Assembly: GCA_041661405.1 (NCBI GenBank)
Contig: JBAZUL010000005.1
Location: 3,164-67,163, forward strand
Length of the DNA stretch: 64,000 nucleotides
Source of the DNA: Patescibacteria group bacterium
GTDB lineage: Bacteria > Patescibacteriota > Patescibacteriia > Patescibacteriales > JBAZCA01
Direction of reading: 5' to 3'
Shown here in pieces: positions 60,799 to 64,000 of the stretch. How positions within the stretch are numbered: the first letter of the stretch is position 1; every line of letters starts with the position of its first letter. Position numbers and translations under genes: made by a program. Below the pieces are notes generated by a model. The model worked only from the letters and a program-made list of their open reading frames with translations, made no database searches and was not told the origin of the DNA.

Positions 60799-62726
60799 AA
60801 TATTTCCGTTGCCAGCCGGAGCATCACTCCGGTACTGCCGTTGTTCTTAATTAGCTCTTTTTGATGTTCTGACAACTTAAAACCGTATTCTTTCCCGCCA
60901 TTGCTTTTAACTATTCCATTCTTCCAATCCGCTTCCAGACGATCCGGTCTGGCTTTAAACAGTTCGTCAATTTCTTCCGGTTTAAGCTCAACGCATAAAA
61001 GGCCGTTGTTAAACATGTTTTCGTAAAAAATCCGGGCGAAAGAAGGGGCGAGGACGCATTTTATGCCGGCTGATTCAAGCGCCCAGGGCGCGTGCTCCCG
61101 GCTTGACCCGCAACCGAAGTTTTCGCCGGCGACGATGATTCGTGATTCAAATATTTTTTTTCTTTCCTCGGCGGGTATTGACGCGTCTTCAAGGCAATGT
61201 TTCGCGAGTTCCGCCTTGTCGGTTTCAGTTAAATAACGCGCCGGGATGATCTGGTCGGTATCAACGTTCTTTTCCGGTAAATAAAAAACCGCTCCCGAAA
61301 AAATGGACTCTTTCCCGCTGATAGCGGCTTTGAGTAAAATCCCGTAATCCGGCAGCCTATATTTTTTTTCTTTCCAGCCGGTTAATGACATGGGCTTATT
61401 TTCAGCGTTCAGAGAATCTATAAACTCTTTCACTTTTTTCCCCAGCTCCAAATCCGGTTCAGTTATCTCGCCGCGCGCAGCCGCGAGCGCCGCGGTAAGG
61501 GGCGAAGCTAAATGAACCATTCCGCCTTTTCCCATCCGGCCGGGAAAATTCCGGTTGGTCGTAGAAACGCAAACCTCGCCGGGAGCGATAACGCCATTGC
61601 TCATTCCGAGGCAGGCGCCGCAGGTCGGAGCGGAAACAAGACAGCCGGCTTCCAGAAAAATTTCAACCAGCCCTTCGCGCGCGGCTTTGGCGTAAATATG
61701 CTGGCTGGCTGGCACGATAATACAGCGGACATTCTCATGAACGCCTTTCGCTAAAATTTTAAAAACTCCGGCCGCGATCCTTAAATCTTCTATCCGGCCG
61801 TTGGTGCAGGAGCCGATATAGACCTGATCTATCTTTTTACCCGAAAGTTTTTTTACGCTCACCACGTCTTCGGGCGAATAATTATCAGTAATCGCCGGTG
61901 TCAGTTTCTGCGCGTCAATCTCAATCACCCGATCATATTCAGCTCCCTTGTCGCTGTTCCATTTTTTTAGGTCATTTAAAGCCTCTTCTTTTGAACTATG
62001 ATTTTTTTCCAGCGCCGGCCAAAGATATTCAACGGTTTTTTCGTCAATGGGCATCATACCCGAACTGGCTCCGGCTTCAACCGCCATGTTTGATATTGTC
62101 ATCCGGCCTTCCATGCTCATATTTTTAATTGCCGCTCCGCCGAATTCCAAAACCGCGTTAGCCGCCCCTTTAACTCCGATTTCTTTTATGAGATATAAAA
62201 CTAAGTCTTTAGCAAAAACGTTGATTGATAGTTCTCCGTTAAAATTCACCCGAATGACTTTTTGCGGAGGGCAAACCCATAAGCCGGTTACGAGCGCGTT
62301 TTCCAGATCAGTCGTCCCGACCCCGGCGGTAAAAGCGCCGAAAGCGCCGTGGGTTGAAGTATGCGAGTCGCCCATGATGCCAATTTGGCCCGGCCGAATC
62401 CAGCCTTTTTCTGGAATAACAGCGTGGCAAATCCCGTTCCGACCGACTTCTAAAAATTCAATGCCCATCTCCCGCGCCCAGTCTCTTATAATTTTCGCTT
62501 GTATGGCCGAAGCCGTATCCTTTGCCGGATTAACATGGTCAACCATAAGCTTAATCCGGTTGGGATTAAAAACCGAATTAATGCCGCGGGCTTTCATGTC
62601 CAGAATCGCGTTCGGGGTGGTAATTTCATGCCCCCAAACCCAGTCCAAAGCTAAAACCAGCCTGCCGCCTGGCAGAATTTTTTTTGCATGAGCGTCAATA
62701 ATTTTTTGATAAGCGGTTTTTGACAT
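60795..62726 (-). CDS. leuCD: fused 3-isopropylmalate dehydratase large+small subunits (LeuC-LeuD single polypeptide)
   Basis: The aconitase-type domain carries Cys ligands ([16 protein letters not shown]), then a linker, then a swivel domain with [13 protein letters not shown]. The ATG at 62726 ([11 protein letters not shown]) is preferred over the TTG at 62747. Confidence 0.9.
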   Translation of the reverse strand: MSKTAYQKIIDAHAKKILPGGRLVLALDWVWGHEITTPNAILDMKARGINSVFNPNRIKLMVDHVNPAKDTASAIQAKIIRDWAREMGIEFLEVGRNGICHAVIPEKGWIRPGQIGIMGDSHTSTHGAFGAFTAGVGTTDLENALVTGLWVCPPQKVIRVNFNGELSINVFAKDLVLYLIKEIGVKGAANAVLEFGGAAIKNMSMEGRMTISNMAVEAGASSGMMPIDEKTVEYLWPALEKNHSSKEEALNDLKKWNSDKGAEYDRVIEIDAQKLTPAITDNYSPEDVVSVKKLSGKKIDQVYIGSCTNGRIEDLRIAAGVFKILAKGVHENVRCIIVPASQHIYAKAAREGLVEIFLEAGCLVSAPTCGACLGMSNGVIAPGEVCVSTTNRNFPGRMGKGGMVHLASPLTAALAAARGEITEPDLELGKKVKEFIDSLNAENKPMSLTGWKEKKYRLPDYGILLKAAISGKESIFSGAVFYLPEKNVDTDQIIPARYLTETDKAELAKHCLEDASIPAEERKKIFESRIIVAGENFGCGSSREHAPWALESAGIKCVLAPSFARIFYENMFNNGLLCVELKPEEIDELFKARPDRLEADWKNGIVKSNGGKEYGFKLSEHQKELIKNNGSTGVMLRLATEIL

Positions 62727-62750
62727 ATTTAATGCGCCAAACGCCAAAGC

Positions 62751-64000
62751 CTATAAACTAGCCAGGTACCAGCTAAGACAATTAGCAAAAGCCTGAGCCG
62801 AAGCCTGATTAGTGTCAATATGCACGGCCCGGCCGGAAAACGTGCGGTTCGCGTCATCATTAATTCTGATCCGGCCGTAAACATCGGCCAAAGCGTCCGA
62901 CCCGGAGCTAACCGCCACCGGCCGCCAGTCGTCAAGATCTATCTTAACATCTTTTAAGCGGGGATAAAAATCTTCGGCCGCCCGGACGACCGAGCGCATG
63001 ATAGCGTCAAAAGGTCCGACCCCGACCGAAGCGCTAATCCCTTCTTTGCCGCCGATTTCAACGATAACGGTCGCGGTCGGAAGCGTCCCTTCTCCGCCAA
63101 TAGCCTGACAGCGCTTAATTTTAATCGGAAACGGAATCACGTCAATAGTTTCGTGGACAATCGCCGCCAATTCCCGATCCGAGAGAGGTTTGCCGGCCAT
63201 GGCCTCGGAAATTTTTGTTGATTGTTCGTAGGTCTTTTGCAGTTCGTCTTTCCCCAGCGCGTAGCCCATCTCTTCTAATCTTTTCCTGAGCCCTTCGCGG
63301 CCGGACGACTGGTTGATTACGGTTTCCACGTTTTTATGCCCGTAAATTTCCGGGCGCCAGCTGTAATAAGCGCTGTCCATTCCCTGTTCGCGGGCCCGGG
63401 CTTCAATGGCCTGATGGGTGCCGGACGAACAGATAGAATTTTGCGAGCCAATTACGACCCAATGCCGCGGAACAGTCATACCGACGGCGTTGGCGGTGAA
63501 ATTAACGATTTTAACGCAAAGCTCCGGCTTAAAATCAATCTTAAAATTTTTAAAAACATCCTGCCTGGTATTCAGGTTCATAATCACAGCTTCAAATTTT
63601 GTCATGCCCGAACGTTCGCCCAAGCCGAAGAATGTCCCTTCAATTATGTCCGCGCCGTTTACGATTGCCGCGAGGGCGTTATGCGTAGAGTGATCAGAAT
63701 CATTATGGCAATGCACGGAGATAAGGGCATTTTTCCGGTTAGAAACATTTTTTTCTATGTCCGCAATTAAATCCCCGAATTCCGAACCAACGCGCAGTCC
63801 GGTCGTGTCCGGAATATTTACGACATCCGCTCCGGCATTAATCACGGCTTCTACCAGGCGGAATAAAAATTTCCGACTGGTCCGTCCCGCGTCTTCGGGC
63901 GAATATTCCACGCTCTTAAAACCGAGGCTCTTGGCGTAGCGAACCATGGCCGTCGCCTGATCAATGGTCCAGTTTTGTTTTCCTTCGGTCGTATCGCCAT
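62751..64000 (-). CDS. 2-isopropylmalate synthase / citramalate synthase family enzyme (5' end beyond the window)
   Basis: HCHNDSDHSTHNALAAIVNGADIIEGTFFGLGERSGMT (DRE-TIM metal site) and a C-terminal LeuA_dimer domain (VGVGPFDAIMRSV...). The frame stays open to position 64000. Confidence 0.85.
   Translation of the reverse strand, partial: GDTTEGKQNWTIDQATAMVRYAKSLGFKSVEYSPEDAGRTSRKFLFRLVEAVINAGADVVNIPDTTGLRVGSEFGDLIADIEKNVSNRKNALISVHCHNDSDHSTHNALAAIVNGADIIEGTFFGLGERSGMTKFEAVIMNLNTRQDVFKNFKIDFKPELCVKIVNFTANAVGMTVPRHWVVIGSQNSICSSGTHQAIEARAREQGMDSAYYSWRPEIYGHKNVETVINQSSGREGLRKRLEEMGYALGKDELQKTYEQSTKISEAMAGKPLSDRELAAIVHETIDVIPFPIKIKRCQAIGGEGTLPTATVIVEIGGKEGISASVGVGPFDAIMRSVVRAAEDFYPRLKDVKIDLDDWRPVAVSSGSDALADVYGRIRINDDANRTFSGRAVHIDTNQASAQAFANCLSWYLASL

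Noticed and set aside
62047-62691. 214-aa plus-strand ORF inside leuCD
   Set aside because: It is an antisense shadow ORF of a confidently identified gene.

Overview
Low-GC bacterial chromosome segment, probably from an uncultivated lineage (taxonomy is only inferred). It is gene-dense, almost entirely housekeeping, and dominated by amino-acid biosynthesis. Left third: pheST, a UvrD-type helicase-nuclease, an M16 peptidase, a 1148-aa secreted glycosidase-like protein, riboflavin kinase, mtaB, tRNA-Thr and tRNA-Lys, dnaB, ybaB-recR, rplU and tRNA-Pro. Minus strand next: serA-serC-serB, cysK, a thr-like operon (stand-alone LeuA-regulatory-domain protein, thrC, shikimate-kinase-like P-loop kinase) and pheA-tyrA. 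A 16-kb plus-strand aromatic supraoperon follows: archaeal-type aroA'/aroB' with ask-asd, then aroA, aroK-aroE fusion, aroD, aroC and trpEGDCFBA. The right end is a minus-strand leuA/cimA-leuCD-leuB, ThrC-like fusion, ilvE-ilvD-ilvB-ilvC-ridA cluster. Points worth a second look: (1) three candidate leader-peptide attenuators (aromatic, Ile/Leu/Val, Thr/Ile/Met) plus a T-box before trpE; (2) LeuA-type allosteric domains attached to, or next to, two different ThrC-family enzymes; (3) three small islands of GC-rich small ORFs with strong Shine-Dalgarno sites and many internal hairpins, with paralogous leaders showing compensatory base changes; (4) a dispersed family of short-word arrays plus GC hairpins, found upstream of genes and in-frame inside trpF, mtaB and the helicase; (5) a roughly 300-nt unclassified element with nested helices beside tRNA-Pro; (6) two MITE-like inverted-repeat elements. 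No CRISPR array, transposase, integrase or recognisable defence system was seen. All calls rest on reading the sequence and remembered family motifs; no searches were run.
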